Assembly: GCA_963668625.2 (NCBI GenBank)
Contig: CAXXKA010000008.1
Location: 1,184,001 to 1,248,000, forward strand
Length of the DNA: 64,000 bases
Origin: an uncultured candidate division Zixibacteria bacterium
Lineage (GTDB): Bacteria; Zixibacteria; MSB-5A5; UBA10806; 4484-95
Direction: 5' to 3'
The position numbers and the translations under genes were made by a program. The notes below the pieces were generated by a model. That model was not told the origin of the DNA, did no database searches, and saw only the letters and a list, made by a program, of their open reading frames with translations. Shown piece by piece: positions 48,209 through 58,633 of this stretch (the stretch's first letter is position 1; each line of letters opens with the position of its first letter).

Positions 48209-50962
48209 ATGGAAAAACTTTCAGCATCACAGTTTGCTCGAAAATTAAAAGATCTTATATGTAATGATACTGATAGGAAAATGGTTTTCTTTCTAGGTTC
48301 AGGCTGCTCAGTAAGTTCAGGTATCGGGGATGCCGCTACGCTTGTGAAAAGGTGGCTGCCTCGTTATAAAAAGATAATAACAGGTGATGAAAAGAATTAC
48401 ATTGAATGGGCAAAAGAAAAGTTTCCGGGATTTAATGGAGAAAATTTATCATTCATCTATAAAGACGTAATGGAAAAACTGTTTCATAGTTTAGAGGAAA
48501 GACAAGCAGAAACAGAGGACATCTGTCGAAATAAAGCTCCGGGATTTGGATACGCGGTTTTAGCGCAATTACTTTCTCACAGTAAGTATGGAAAGCATTG
48601 CAATATTATATTAACAACTAATTTTGATGATATAATGGCTGACGCTCTATATTTATTTACGAATGATAAGCCTTTGGTGATCGTTCATGAGTCTTTGATT
48701 AGCTATGTTAAAATTAATTACACCAGACCTTTAATTGTTAAACTTCATGGAGATGCTAGGATTTATCCAAAACATACAGAGGGTGAAACAACAGACTTTG
48801 AAAAAAATGTAAAAGAAAGTGTTAAAAAATTGCTGGTAGAATCAGGCCTTATTTTTATTGGATATGGAGGCAATGACTCAAGCGTATATAATATAATCAA
48901 TAGTTTGCCGCCCGGTGCGCCGCCAACCGGAATTTACTGGGTTGGGAACTCAATCCCAGACACTGACTTAGGTCGAGAGTTAGTGAAAAGGAATGTCGTG
49001 CATGTTGATCATTTTGATTTTGATGAGTTAATGCTATTTATTAAAAACGAATTTGAGTTAGAAAAGCCAAATAAAAAACGTATTGAGAATATTTTTGATA
49101 ACTATAATGAGAAATTTAAAAATTTAAACAAAAAAATATTTAGTAGACCGGAAACTCCTGAAAATGATGAGCTTGAGAAAGCTGCAGATAAAGCTGCCAA
49201 AGAATTTAAAGACTGGTATTCTGTATTGCTTGAAGCTTCTAAATTTGAGAAATCAGAACCGGATAAGGCTGATAATATCTTCAAAAATGGATTCAAAAAG
49301 TTTCCAGGAAGTGTAGAATTGAATGGAGCTTATGCTATATTTTTAAAGGATATTCGCAAAGACTATGATCGGGCGGAAGAGTATTATAAGAAGGCTTTAG
49401 AGCTTGATCCTGACAATGCCATTGTTCTAGTAAATTATGCTAATTTTTTTCAGAATATTCGCAAAGCCTATGACCGGGCGGAAGACTATTATAAGAAGGC
49501 TTTAGAGCTTGCTCCTGATAGTGCCAATGTTCTAGGAAATTATGCTTTATTTTTACATACTATTCGTAAAGCCTATGACCGGGCGGAAGACTATTATAAG
49601 AAGGCTTTAGAGCTTGATCCTGATAATACCATTGTTCTAGTAAATTATGCTATATTTTTAAAGGATATTCGCAAAGACTATGACCGGGCGGAAGACTATT
49701 ATAAGAAGGCTATAGAGCTTGCTCCTGATAATGCCAGTGTTCTAGGAAATTATGGTAATTTTTTACAGACTATTCGCAAAGACTATGACCGGACGGAAGA
49801 CTATTATAAGAAGGCTTTGGAGCTTGATTCAGATAATGCCAGTATTCTTGGCAATTATGCATTATTCTTACATGAAATTCGTGGAGACTTTAACCGGGCG
49901 GAAGACTATTATAAGAAGGCTTTGGAGCTTGATTCAGATAATGCCAGTATTCTTGGCAATTATGCATTATTCTTACATGAAATTCGTGGAGACTTTAACC
50001 TAGCAGAAGAGTATTATAGGAAATCTATAGAGCTTGCTCCTGATAATGCCATTGTTCTAGGAAATTATGCTATATTTTTAAAGGATATTCGCAAAGGCTT
50101 TGAGCAGGCGGAAGACTATTATATGAAGGCTTTGGAGCTTGCTCCTGATAATGCCAGTGTTCTAGGAAATTATGCTAATTTTTTACAGACTATTCGCAAA
50201 GCCTATGACCGGGCGGAAGACTATTATAAGAAGGCTTTAGAGCTTGCTCCTGATAATGCCAATGTTCTAGGAAATTATGCTAGCTTTTTAGATGATATTC
50301 GTAAAGACTATGACCGGGCGGAAGACTATTATAAGAAGGCTTTGGAGCTTGCTCCTGATAATGACAATGTTCTAGTAAATTATGCTATCTTTTTAGATGA
50401 TATTCGTAAAGACTACGACCGGGCGGAAGACTATTATAAGAAGGCTTTGGAGCTTGATCCTAATAATGCCAGTGTTCTAGGAAATTATGCTATATTTTTA
50501 AAGGATATTCGCAAAGCCTATGACCGGGCGGAAGACTATTATAAGAAGACTATAGAGCTTGATCCTGATAATGCCAATAATCTAGGCAACTATGCAGGCT
50601 TTTTACTAGCTCAAGGGAGGCGTGATGAGGGCAAGGAGTATCTTTTTAGAGCGATGAATGACGCTGCAATCCGAGATTTAATCTTAGAATGCAAATTCTA
50701 TTATTATGTGCATATTGATTTTGGCAGTGAGCAGAATATCTATTTAAAAGAAATTAAGAAGTTAATATTAGATAATATTAGATCGCCTAACTTCAACCTT
50801 ACCGATAATGTCAACCGCGCTATTAAGGATGGCCACCCGGAGCCGGAGTTCTTGAAACTGCTGGCTAAGGTTATAGCTGATGAAGTGGATGCTAAAGAGT
50901 TGGATAAATTCGAGGTTTGGCGTAATACCACTATTGATGGTGAAGATGAATCTAAGCAGTAA
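48209..50962 (+). CDS. SIR2-like (defence-type NADase) domain fused to 12 near-identical TPR/HAT-like repeats
   Basis: [45 protein letters not shown]; visibly AT-richer than valS. Confidence 0.88.
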   Translation: MEKLSASQFARKLKDLICNDTDRKMVFFLGSGCSVSSGIGDAATLVKRWLPRYKKIITGDEKNYIEWAKEKFPGFNGENLSFIYKDVMEKLFHSLEERQAETEDICRNKAPGFGYAVLAQLLSHSKYGKHCNIILTTNFDDIMADALYLFTNDKPLVIVHESLISYVKINYTRPLIVKLHGDARIYPKHTEGETTDFEKNVKESVKKLLVESGLIFIGYGGNDSSVYNIINSLPPGAPPTGIYWVGNSIPDTDLGRELVKRNVVHVDHFDFDELMLFIKNEFELEKPNKKRIENIFDNYNEKFKNLNKKIFSRPETPENDELEKAADKAAKEFKDWYSVLLEASKFEKSEPDKADNIFKNGFKKFPGSVELNGAYAIFLKDIRKDYDRAEEYYKKALELDPDNAIVLVNYANFFQNIRKAYDRAEDYYKKALELAPDSANVLGNYALFLHTIRKAYDRAEDYYKKALELDPDNTIVLVNYAIFLKDIRKDYDRAEDYYKKAIELAPDNASVLGNYGNFLQTIRKDYDRTEDYYKKALELDSDNASILGNYALFLHEIRGDFNRAEDYYKKALELDSDNASILGNYALFLHEIRGDFNLAEEYYRKSIELAPDNAIVLGNYAIFLKDIRKGFEQAEDYYMKALELAPDNASVLGNYANFLQTIRKAYDRAEDYYKKALELAPDNANVLGNYASFLDDIRKDYDRAEDYYKKALELAPDNDNVLVNYAIFLDDIRKDYDRAEDYYKKALELDPNNASVLGNYAIFLKDIRKAYDRAEDYYKKTIELDPDNANNLGNYAGFLLAQGRRDEGKEYLFRAMNDAAIRDLILECKFYYYVHIDFGSEQNIYLKEIKKLILDNIRSPNFNLTDNVNRAIKDGHPEPEFLKLLAKVIADEVDAKELDKFEVWRNTTIDGEDESKQ
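49331..50590 (+). repeat. Twelve tandem 105-bp coding repeats (35 aa each)
   Basis: Unit TATGCT...GACCGGGCGGAAGACTATTATAAGAAGGCTTTAGAGCTTG.TCCTGATAATGCC...CTAGGAAAT recurs with exact 105-bp period; the 13th, divergent unit begins at 50591. Confidence 0.97.
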
Positions 50963-50979
50963 TTATTTATAGATCAACT

Positions 50980-51582
50980 ATGCAAACCCTCTCCCAAATC
51001 ACCGAACCCGAGGTTATCCTCGAGTTCCTCAATGCCGAGATCGGCTCGCCCAGGTGGGCCTCAGAGCTTGAACAGCTATTGCAGCAGGAGGGATATGATA
51101 AGTCGCTGATATCAAGGGGCGATACCTCGGACGATACAGAGAATGCTGTTCGCAAGGAGATACTATATCAGTTCCGTGACTGCGAGGATAAACGTCATTT
51201 CCATGGATTGCCGGAGGATATCGTCTGGCATACCACATTGCTATCCGGGGAGGATATTGCCAAGCTTCGATATATGAACTATCCGTTCTGGGTGAATCTA
51301 TCAGGCTGGTCTCGACTCGCTATTGAGGGTGCCGGTAATCTCGAGCGCGCGGGTGTCCGCTCCGATTTAGTTAATCATATTAAACAGACCGCAAAACTTA
51401 TCATCGAGCGGGAAACTCTTCCGAGAATAATACTGCTGGCTAAAAGCATAAAGGACGATCCGGTGATATTAGAGGGGCATATACGAGCTACCGCGTATTG
51501 CTTGAATATCGAGAAGATGTCTGGAAGTATCGAGGCGATTGTCGGCTACTCGAAAAATATCGAAAGCTGGAAATGGTATTGA
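50980..51582 (+). CDS. Hypothetical protein with a possible ParB/sulfiredoxin-like motif
   Basis: 17 bp after the SIR2-TPR stop; P.IIL......VILEGHIRATAY resembles the ParB/Srx (I/L)(D/E)GHxR motif. Confidence 0.6.
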   Translation: MQTLSQITEPEVILEFLNAEIGSPRWASELEQLLQQEGYDKSLISRGDTSDDTENAVRKEILYQFRDCEDKRHFHGLPEDIVWHTTLLSGEDIAKLRYMNYPFWVNLSGWSRLAIEGAGNLERAGVRSDLVNHIKQTAKLIIERETLPRIILLAKSIKDDPVILEGHIRATAYCLNIEKMSGSIEAIVGYSKNIESWKWY

Positions 51583-51621
51583 TAAGCATTTGCTTACACT
51601 GACTGACTACTGATAATTGAC

Positions 51622-51656
51622 GGATTGCTTCGTCCGCTTCGCTACCTCGCAACAAC
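51622..51656. repeat. Degenerate GATTGCTTCGTC...CCTCGCAA palindromic repeat (related copy at 52217-52248)
   Basis: GGATTGCTTCGTCCGCTTCGCTACCTCGCAAC and AGATTGCCGTGTCGCCTTCGGCTTCTCGCAAG share ends and spacing; they resemble a widespread intergenic palindrome family. Confidence 0.5.
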
Positions 51657-51677
51657 AGGTTTATCAAACGGCAAGAG

Positions 51678-52073
51678 TTACTGGCTGATACGTGATTTTA
51701 TCCAATCCTCACCCAGCATGGTCTCCGCCTCGCCCTCGGCATCCTCGACATACTCCAGTGGCACGAGTATCAGGTATCCACCGCCAATCGGCCGGAACGA
51801 GCCGAATCCCAACTGGCCGGTGACCCCGAAATGACCGGTCTCGGATATCATCATGGCGGGGATATCCTTAGCTTTGAGCCCCTCTATCACCATCTCGGCG
51901 TACTGGTTGGAGGTAAGCCGGGCCAGCGGCTGCCAGTTCTCGTAGCCGGCGCTGATATCGTCGTCATCGACTTTGATCTCCACCGGCAGTTGATCGACCA
52001 GTTGCTCATCGCAGTCGGGGCATTTGTATATGCCCTGCTTATATTCGTATCTGCATTTCGGACAGAACGGCAT
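51678..52073 (-). CDS. Zinc-ribbon plus DUF2007-like (putative signal-transducing) protein
   Basis: MPFCPKC.YEY..G...CPDC...LV; AEMV...L....IP; ILVP.E..E.A. Confidence 0.75.
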   Translation of the reverse strand: MPFCPKCRYEYKQGIYKCPDCDEQLVDQLPVEIKVDDDDISAGYENWQPLARLTSNQYAEMVIEGLKAKDIPAMMISETGHFGVTGQLGFGSFRPIGGGYLILVPLEYVEDAEGEAETMLGEDWIKSRISQ

Positions 52074-52526
52074 GAGGTCTCCTTTTAATATACTATACGG
52101 GAAAATCGGTTAAATATTCAAATATAAATTATCGTGGTCAGAGTATATCCGCTTGCTGTAACTGGTTTACTGTAGCCTGTACCGGCGGATGAGGAGGGGA
52201 TATCTAATTAGCAGGCAGATTGCCGTGTCGCCTTCGGCTTCTCGCAAGCTGCCCCATCTCAGGCTATCATCGTGAGGTGGGGCAGCCCTGGATTATTAAA
52301 TTGTAGTGCTTATAAGATTGCTTTTCCCAGGCTGTAAGCTTTGATTGACAGATACTCCTATTGGAAAGCGAGCAGGAGAGCCAACCACGAATATCGACAA
52401 CTAAATTGACAGTTCGATACAGATTATTGACTATATCACTTGCAAGCAGGCCCGGTTTGTTCTTATAATCTATCAAAATGAGAATAATTAACCGGTATTA
52501 CCGGAGTTTCTAATTAGGAGGATAAT

Positions 52527-53507
52527 ATGCCGCTTCTACTTAACCGTGATGATGTTATAAAAGTACTGGATATGCGCGATTGTATGGATGTCGTCGAAAA
52601 AGCATTTGCTGAACTGGCTAACGGTACCGCCGTATTGCCTCTTCGTATTAATATAACACCCCCTGACGGCTTGGCCTTGTATATGCCGGCTTATTTGAAA
52701 GAGTTAGGCGCGCTGGCCTGTAAAGTCGTTACCGTATATAAGAATAACCCGAAAGCCCACGATATGCCAACCACTATCGGCAAGGTGCTATTGCAAGATC
52801 CGGCTACCGGCGATGTTATCTGTATCATGGATGGCGGCTATCTGACTGCTGTCAGGACAGGTGCGGTCTCCGGTGTGGCTACCAAGTATCTGTCTCGTGA
52901 ATCCAAAGGTCAGGTTGCCGGGATATTCGGCGCCGGGGTACAGGCCAAGATGCAACTCTGGGCTGTAGCCGTGGCTCGCGATTTGAAAAAAGCTTATGTT
53001 TATGATGTTTCCCCTGAGGCGGCCGGTAGTTTCAAAACCGATATGAGCAATAAGCTTAACCTCGATATCGAGATAGCCGGTTCGGCCGGCGATATTATCA
53101 ATAATTGCGACATTATTTGCACCGCTACCTCCGCGCCGGAGCCTATTTTCGATGGCAACACGGTGAAAGACGGCGCGCATATCAATGGAATCGGCAGCCA
53201 TACGCCAAACGCTCGCGAGCTGGATACGGCAATAATCAAGCGCTCGAAATTCATTGCCGACTCGTATGAGGCCTGCCTGAAAGAGGCCGGCGATATCATG
53301 ATCCCGATACAGGAAGGCGCGATCGATAAAAATCACATGTTTGCCGAGTTGGGCGAGGTAATTACCGGCAAGAAACCGGCGCGCGAAAACGATTCGGAGA
53401 TCACCCTGTTTAAATCAAACGGTCTGGCTATTCAGGATGTCGCCACGGCTAAGCTGATATACGATAAAGCGGTAGCCGCCGGTATCGGGCAGGATGTCAA
53501 TATCTAA
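52527..53507 (+). CDS. Ornithine cyclodeaminase/mu-crystallin family protein (possibly archaeal-type alanine dehydrogenase)
   Basis: LYMPAY, KVVTVY..N, LTAVRTGA, GAGVQA, HINGIGS..P..RELD, FKSNGLAIQD. Confidence 0.88.
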   Translation: MPLLLNRDDVIKVLDMRDCMDVVEKAFAELANGTAVLPLRINITPPDGLALYMPAYLKELGALACKVVTVYKNNPKAHDMPTTIGKVLLQDPATGDVICIMDGGYLTAVRTGAVSGVATKYLSRESKGQVAGIFGAGVQAKMQLWAVAVARDLKKAYVYDVSPEAAGSFKTDMSNKLNLDIEIAGSAGDIINNCDIICTATSAPEPIFDGNTVKDGAHINGIGSHTPNARELDTAIIKRSKFIADSYEACLKEAGDIMIPIQEGAIDKNHMFAELGEVITGKKPARENDSEITLFKSNGLAIQDVATAKLIYDKAVAAGIGQDVNI

Positions 53508-53675
53508 CGGCGGAAATATTCGGCTGTTTTAAAATCTATATTTGTTGCCGGCTATGGGCCTTAAGTGAACTATTTCACTTGCATTTAAGTATCTATTTGC
53601 ATAATATTCGTCGTTGGAATATTATTGCGTCTCCAGGCGTAATATGGTATAAACGATAAACCCTGGAGGTAAATT

Positions 53676-55052
53676 ATGTTGAGAAATTTAACCGCGATTT
53701 TAGTATTAGGTCTGGCTGTCATAGCTTTTGCCGGGGATGATCCCGGAGTGTCTATCACTATTTATAACAATAACCTCGGGCTGGTTAAGGATGTCCGCGG
53801 GTTGGATATTCAAAAGGGTGCCGGTATCCTCGATTTCGATGATGTCGCCTCGCAAATCGATCCCACCAGTGTTAATTTCCGCTGCCTCGATGACGACAAC
53901 GTAGCGGTGCTGGAACAGAACTACCTCTACGATTTAGTATCGACCGAGGCGTTGTTGAAACGCTATCTCGGCAAGCAGATAGAGATAATCGGTGAGGATG
54001 ATACCCGGTTCAAAGGCGAGCTGTTATCGTTCGATAATCGAGCTGCCATTATTAAAGAAGATGGCGGTCAAATCGTGATGATCTCCATGGATAAGCTGAT
54101 AAATGGTCGTTTCCCGTCACTGCCCGAGGGTTTGATAATAAAGCCGACTCTTCGCTGGGAACTGGAATCGAACTCCTCCGGCAATAAAAACTGCGAGGTC
54201 AGCTACCTGACAAGTGGTATTCAGTGGAATGCCGATTACGTGGCGGTGGTAAACGATAAAGACACGAAGCTTGATCTATCCGGCTGGGTGACTATCAACA
54301 ACAGTAGTGGCGCCTCGTACGAAAACGCTAAGCTGAAACTGGTAGCAGGTGATATTCATCAGGTAACCACGCCGCAATTTGATAGGATGGAGATGTCTTT
54401 AAACAGGTCTGGCGCTAAAGCCGCACCACAGTTCGAGGAGGAATCGTTTTTCGAATATCATCTCTACACGCTCAACCGTCCCGCTACGGTAAACGATAAA
54501 GAGATCAAGCAGCTTACGCTGTTCCCCACGGCACAAGCCAAAGTTAAGAAAGTATATATATTCAATTCCCGACCTTCATATTATAGCCGGGGTAGCGATA
54601 AATCCAAAGTCAGAGCTAATCTTGAATTCGATAATACTAAATCAGCCGGCCTGGGGATGCCACTGCCGAAAGGTAAACTTCGCGTTTACAAAGAGGACTC
54701 GCAAGGTGCTCTGCAATTTGTCGGTGAGGACCAGATCGATCACACACCCAAGGGTGAGAAGGTGCGTGTGTATCTCGGGGATGCTTTCGATATTACCGGC
54801 GAGCGTAAACTAATTAATGTTGAAGACCTGGGCGGAGACCGTCGCCGTGAGACTGTCGAGGTTACTCTAAAAAATCATAAAGATGAGGATGTAGTAGTCA
54901 CGGTGGTGGAACGTGCCAGTGGTTGGCGTGAATGGAAGATAGAAAACTCCAGCCATGAATATCGCAAGGTCGATAATTCTCAAATAGAATTCGATTTAAA
55001 TGTTAAAAGTAACGATGAAGAAACTTTAAATTATACAATACAATACTTCTAG
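53676..55052 (+). CDS. Secreted DUF4139-domain protein
   Basis: SITIYNNNLGLVKD, EQNY.YDL, YLT.G..W.ADY, N.SG..Y.NA.LKLVAG, FFEYHLY, LGMPLPKG..RVY, GED.IDHTP. Confidence 0.85.
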   Translation: MLRNLTAILVLGLAVIAFAGDDPGVSITIYNNNLGLVKDVRGLDIQKGAGILDFDDVASQIDPTSVNFRCLDDDNVAVLEQNYLYDLVSTEALLKRYLGKQIEIIGEDDTRFKGELLSFDNRAAIIKEDGGQIVMISMDKLINGRFPSLPEGLIIKPTLRWELESNSSGNKNCEVSYLTSGIQWNADYVAVVNDKDTKLDLSGWVTINNSSGASYENAKLKLVAGDIHQVTTPQFDRMEMSLNRSGAKAAPQFEEESFFEYHLYTLNRPATVNDKEIKQLTLFPTAQAKVKKVYIFNSRPSYYSRGSDKSKVRANLEFDNTKSAGLGMPLPKGKLRVYKEDSQGALQFVGEDQIDHTPKGEKVRVYLGDAFDITGERKLINVEDLGGDRRRETVEVTLKNHKDEDVVVTVVERASGWREWKIENSSHEYRKVDNSQIEFDLNVKSNDEETLNYTIQYF

Positions 55053-55061
55053 AACGGAGGG

Positions 55062-56105
55062 ATGATGAGTAAAAAATTAATTTTAGGGTTGGCTCTGGTT
55101 TTAGCGGCGATATTTATTTTTGGCTGTCAGCCCAAGGAATTAAGAACTGTTAAGATCGAGCTGGGTACCTGGAAGAAACCGAAATCCAATCCGAGTATCG
55201 AAAGGGTAAAAGAAAATCTCGCTAAAGCGGAGAATACGACGCCTAATAATCCCGAGGTATATTTCCTGTGGGGACGAGTCTATGCCATGGAAAATAATTA
55301 CGAGGAAATGGATAAGTCCTGGGATAAATGTGATGAGCTTTCTGATGCTTTCGATGCCAGCATGGATACATTGCGGATGATGGAATGGGATACGCTTTTC
55401 ATCCAGAGCGCGGTTAAATCTTATCAGAACGGTGATTACGAAGCGGCCCTGGATAAATCGCAAAAAGCGATTATTTGTTGGGAGCATAACTATCAACCAT
55501 TCCTTTACGGCGCGGATGCCGCTTATCGCCTGGGAAACAATGAGCTTGCTTATGATTTGTCCAAAGCAGGTTACGAGGTTTCCCCCGACACGATTACGAT
55601 GGCAAGGTTGTATGCCGAGATGTGTTTCGTGAGTGATAAGCTCGATGAGGCAAAAGGTGTATTCGAGAAACTGATTGTCAATGACGCCACGAACGCCGAC
55701 TACTATTTCAATCTTGGAGAGATTGACCTGGCTCTGGGCGATACCACGAGAGCTCTCGAGTATTATGTACAGGGTTTGGATAAAGATAAGGATAATCCGG
55801 ATGGTTGGCTCAATATCGCAAAGCTGTATTTCCTGCTCAAGAAGTATCCGGAGGCGGTTGATGCATTCGAACATTTCAAATCACTGGCTGAGACTGTCGG
55901 CAAGGATGATATGTTCTTATACCTGCTTGCGGTATATCAGGTAAAGGACTACGAAAAAGCAAGAGCCGAATTGGAAGTTTTCACTATGGAAAATCCGGAC
56001 TATTGCGAGGCCTGGCAGCTACTCGGTAACTGCTACGTTCACTTGCAAAAGAATAAGGAAGCCAGAGCGGCTAACGATAAATACGACGAGTGTGTCGGCC
56101 AATAG
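55062..56105 (+). CDS. TPR-repeat lipoprotein
   Basis: Lipobox IFGC; several divergent TPRs (YYFNLGEI, GWLNIAKLY, AWQLLGNCY). Confidence 0.8.
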   Translation: MMSKKLILGLALVLAAIFIFGCQPKELRTVKIELGTWKKPKSNPSIERVKENLAKAENTTPNNPEVYFLWGRVYAMENNYEEMDKSWDKCDELSDAFDASMDTLRMMEWDTLFIQSAVKSYQNGDYEAALDKSQKAIICWEHNYQPFLYGADAAYRLGNNELAYDLSKAGYEVSPDTITMARLYAEMCFVSDKLDEAKGVFEKLIVNDATNADYYFNLGEIDLALGDTTRALEYYVQGLDKDKDNPDGWLNIAKLYFLLKKYPEAVDAFEHFKSLAETVGKDDMFLYLLAVYQVKDYEKARAELEVFTMENPDYCEAWQLLGNCYVHLQKNKEARAANDKYDECVGQ

Positions 56106-56129
56106 CTATTTCTAGATAGCTAAAATCAT

Positions 56130-56162
56130 CAGGCAGTCCGTTACGCGGGCTGCCTTGTTTTG
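56130..56162 (+). terminator. Hairpin/terminator between the TPR gene and priA
   Basis: AGGCAGTCCG-TTACG-CGGGCTGCCT followed by TGTTTTG. Confidence 0.55.
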
Positions 56163-56173
56163 TCTTAATACTT

Positions 56174-58579
56174 ATGTTTGCTGAAATAGTAATACCTAAA
56201 ACCGGATTTAGATCGTTCACCTATACTATACCCGAACAGATCGAAAGCTCGATCAGGCCGGGCATGCCCGTTCTGGTGTCGATTCAACGTAACTATGCCG
56301 TGGGTGTGGTTATAAAATTATCCGAATCGAGTGGTGTCGAAAGCTCGCGCCTAAAAGAGATTATTGGCTTGATCGACCCGGTATTTTGCCTTTCGGATAA
56401 ACAGCTCGAGCTGATGAGATGGATATCGGATTACTATATCAGTCCGCCCGGGGATGTTTTAAAAGCGGCTTTCCCGCCGGGATTTTTAGGTAGAACAAGA
56501 ACGAGAGTTTTAGCTGGAAAGGAAGCGCCCGATAATGCCAGGGATAAATTCGTCTACGAGAAAATTAGTTCGCGGCCGGAGGGGTATCCCTATAATCTCA
56601 AAAAGCAGATTTTACCCGGTGTCTCCAATACGATAATCAAAGAACTGATCGCTCGCGCGGTACTATTCCTAGCTCCAGACTATAAAATTCAGCAGCCCAA
56701 ACGGATTTTCTACGCTTATCTTCATGATGATATAGATCCTGTCGTGGTGATTAAAGACCTGACTCCTAAAAGACGTCAGTTGTTGGAATATCTTATCAGT
56801 CACCCGGAAGGCATCTCCTTAGTGAAACTGGTCGAGGAAGGTTTTTCTCGAGATACGATAAAGAAAATGGCCGAAGCTGAGATTATCGAGCTCGAACAGC
56901 GAAGCGATGATGTGATAATCCAGCCTCGTCCCGATGGCGAGTTTAACACATACGAGCTTACCGGCTATCAACAGGAGGCGTATCGGGCAATCGAGGAGTC
57001 GCTCGAAAAAAGCGCCGGCAAAGCATTCCTGATTTACGGCGTTACCGGTTCGGGTAAGACCTTAGTCTATATCGAAGCCGCCAGAAAAGCCCTGTCTATG
57101 GGTAAATCGGTGTTGATCCTATTGCCGGAGATATCGTTAACCCCTCAAGCGATAGAGAGATTCGCTTCATCGCTAAAGCAGCCTATCGCTATCTGGCATT
57201 CGCGCATCACTATCGGCCAACGTCACGAGATTTACCGCAAGGCCAAAACCGGGGAGATTCGGGTGGTGTTGGGGGTACGTTCGGCCGTGTTCAGTCCGCT
57301 TCAGAACCCGGGCTTGATCATCATAGATGAGGAGCAGGATGACTCGTACAAGCAGTCGGAACCGCAGCCGTATTACAACGCCCGGGATGTTGCCTTAATG
57401 AGGGCGAAGATCGAAAACGTGACTACGGTGCTTGGATCGGCTACACCATCACTTGAAAGCTTTTATAATGGCGAAAACGGTAAGTATGAACTTCTGAGAT
57501 TACCTGAGAGATACGGCGGGGTAAAGCTACCCAAAGCCATTGCTATCGACTTGAAAGAAGTTGATATAGATCAGGAAATCTGGCCGCTTTCCGAACCTTT
57601 TATAGATAGGGTTTGCACGCATATAGCTGATGGCAGGCAGGTAATAATTCTTCTTAACCGTCGTGGCTACTCGGGGCTTCTGATGTGCCAGACATGTGGT
57701 TATATCTCGCTCTGCCCCGAATGCCGGGTGGCTTTAACTTATCACAAAACGGATAAGAAACTTCACTGCCATTTCTGTGATTTCATACAGGATGCCCCGG
57801 AAAAGTGCCCCGAATGTAAGGGGAAGGATTTCGATTACCGGGGGATAGGTACGCAGAAACTGGAGGAGATGCTGATTGAGATTCTCGGTGAGAAAGGTAT
57901 AATCCGCATGGACTCGGATTCCACCTCTCGCAAAGGCGCGTTGGAGAAAATAATCTCCACGTTCGAGATAGGCGAGAGGCCGGTATTGCTGGGCACCAGG
58001 ATGGTAGCTAAAGGGCATCATTTCCCGAAGGTAGGTATGGTTGGAGTGGTTTTAGCCGATGCCGGCTTACATTTGCCCGATTTTCGCGCGGCGGAAAAAG
58101 TGTTCCAGCTTCTGGTGCAGGCGGCGGGACGAGCCGGGCGTACCGGCAACAGCGATGATCAGGGCGAGTTCGTGGTGCAATCGTACGATCCCTCCTCCGG
58201 CATCCTGGATTATGCAACCAGCCAGAACTACGAGGTGTTTTACAGGCGGGAATCGGCTTTTCGGCAGGAACTTGGTTACCCGCCCTATGGTAAAATCATA
58301 AGGCTGATATTTTCTCACGAGGATCACTCACTGGCAAAATGGGCGGCTCGCCAGGCGGCATCTACGTTGCGCAAAGAGTTAACCTCGGGAAAAGTTCTGG
58401 GACCTGCTATGACCGGTGTGTTTCGGCTCAGGAATAAATATCATTTTCAGGTGATGTTGAAAGGGCGCTTTTCTGCCGACTTTAAAAATAGGCTCAGGAG
58501 CCATCTGAGTGAGGGGCACTTCGGTGGCAAAAAAGGAGTCGCGGTCAAGATCGATGTCGATCCGCGAGATATGGTATAA
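56174..58579 (+). CDS. priA: Primosomal protein N' (replication restart helicase)
   Basis: GVTGSGKT, PEISLTPQ, IIDEEQD, GSATPSLES, LNRRGY, CxxC zinc motifs, KGHHFP, Q.AGRAGR, DVDP. Confidence 0.97.
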   Translation: MFAEIVIPKTGFRSFTYTIPEQIESSIRPGMPVLVSIQRNYAVGVVIKLSESSGVESSRLKEIIGLIDPVFCLSDKQLELMRWISDYYISPPGDVLKAAFPPGFLGRTRTRVLAGKEAPDNARDKFVYEKISSRPEGYPYNLKKQILPGVSNTIIKELIARAVLFLAPDYKIQQPKRIFYAYLHDDIDPVVVIKDLTPKRRQLLEYLISHPEGISLVKLVEEGFSRDTIKKMAEAEIIELEQRSDDVIIQPRPDGEFNTYELTGYQQEAYRAIEESLEKSAGKAFLIYGVTGSGKTLVYIEAARKALSMGKSVLILLPEISLTPQAIERFASSLKQPIAIWHSRITIGQRHEIYRKAKTGEIRVVLGVRSAVFSPLQNPGLIIIDEEQDDSYKQSEPQPYYNARDVALMRAKIENVTTVLGSATPSLESFYNGENGKYELLRLPERYGGVKLPKAIAIDLKEVDIDQEIWPLSEPFIDRVCTHIADGRQVIILLNRRGYSGLLMCQTCGYISLCPECRVALTYHKTDKKLHCHFCDFIQDAPEKCPECKGKDFDYRGIGTQKLEEMLIEILGEKGIIRMDSDSTSRKGALEKIISTFEIGERPVLLGTRMVAKGHHFPKVGMVGVVLADAGLHLPDFRAAEKVFQLLVQAAGRAGRTGNSDDQGEFVVQSYDPSSGILDYATSQNYEVFYRRESAFRQELGYPPYGKIIRLIFSHEDHSLAKWAARQAASTLRKELTSGKVLGPAMTGVFRLRNKYHFQVMLKGRFSADFKNRLRSHLSEGHFGGKKGVAVKIDVDPRDMV

Positions 58580-58633
58580 ATCTTGACCATCACTAATTAA
58601 TTTTGTAATTTCTGAATTCTTTATGGAGGCAAA

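Noticed and set aside
49331-50590. CRISPR array or DGR template/variable repeat
   Set aside because: Units are contiguous, in-frame 105-bp coding repeats with no unique spacers. No cas or reverse transcriptase gene is in the window, and there is no separate non-coding template copy.
55140-55874. Long antisense ORFs (this 244-aa one, and others such as 52788-53336 and 25053-25571)
   Set aside because: They lie wholly opposite well-supported genes and have no recognisable motif; they are shadows of codon bias.
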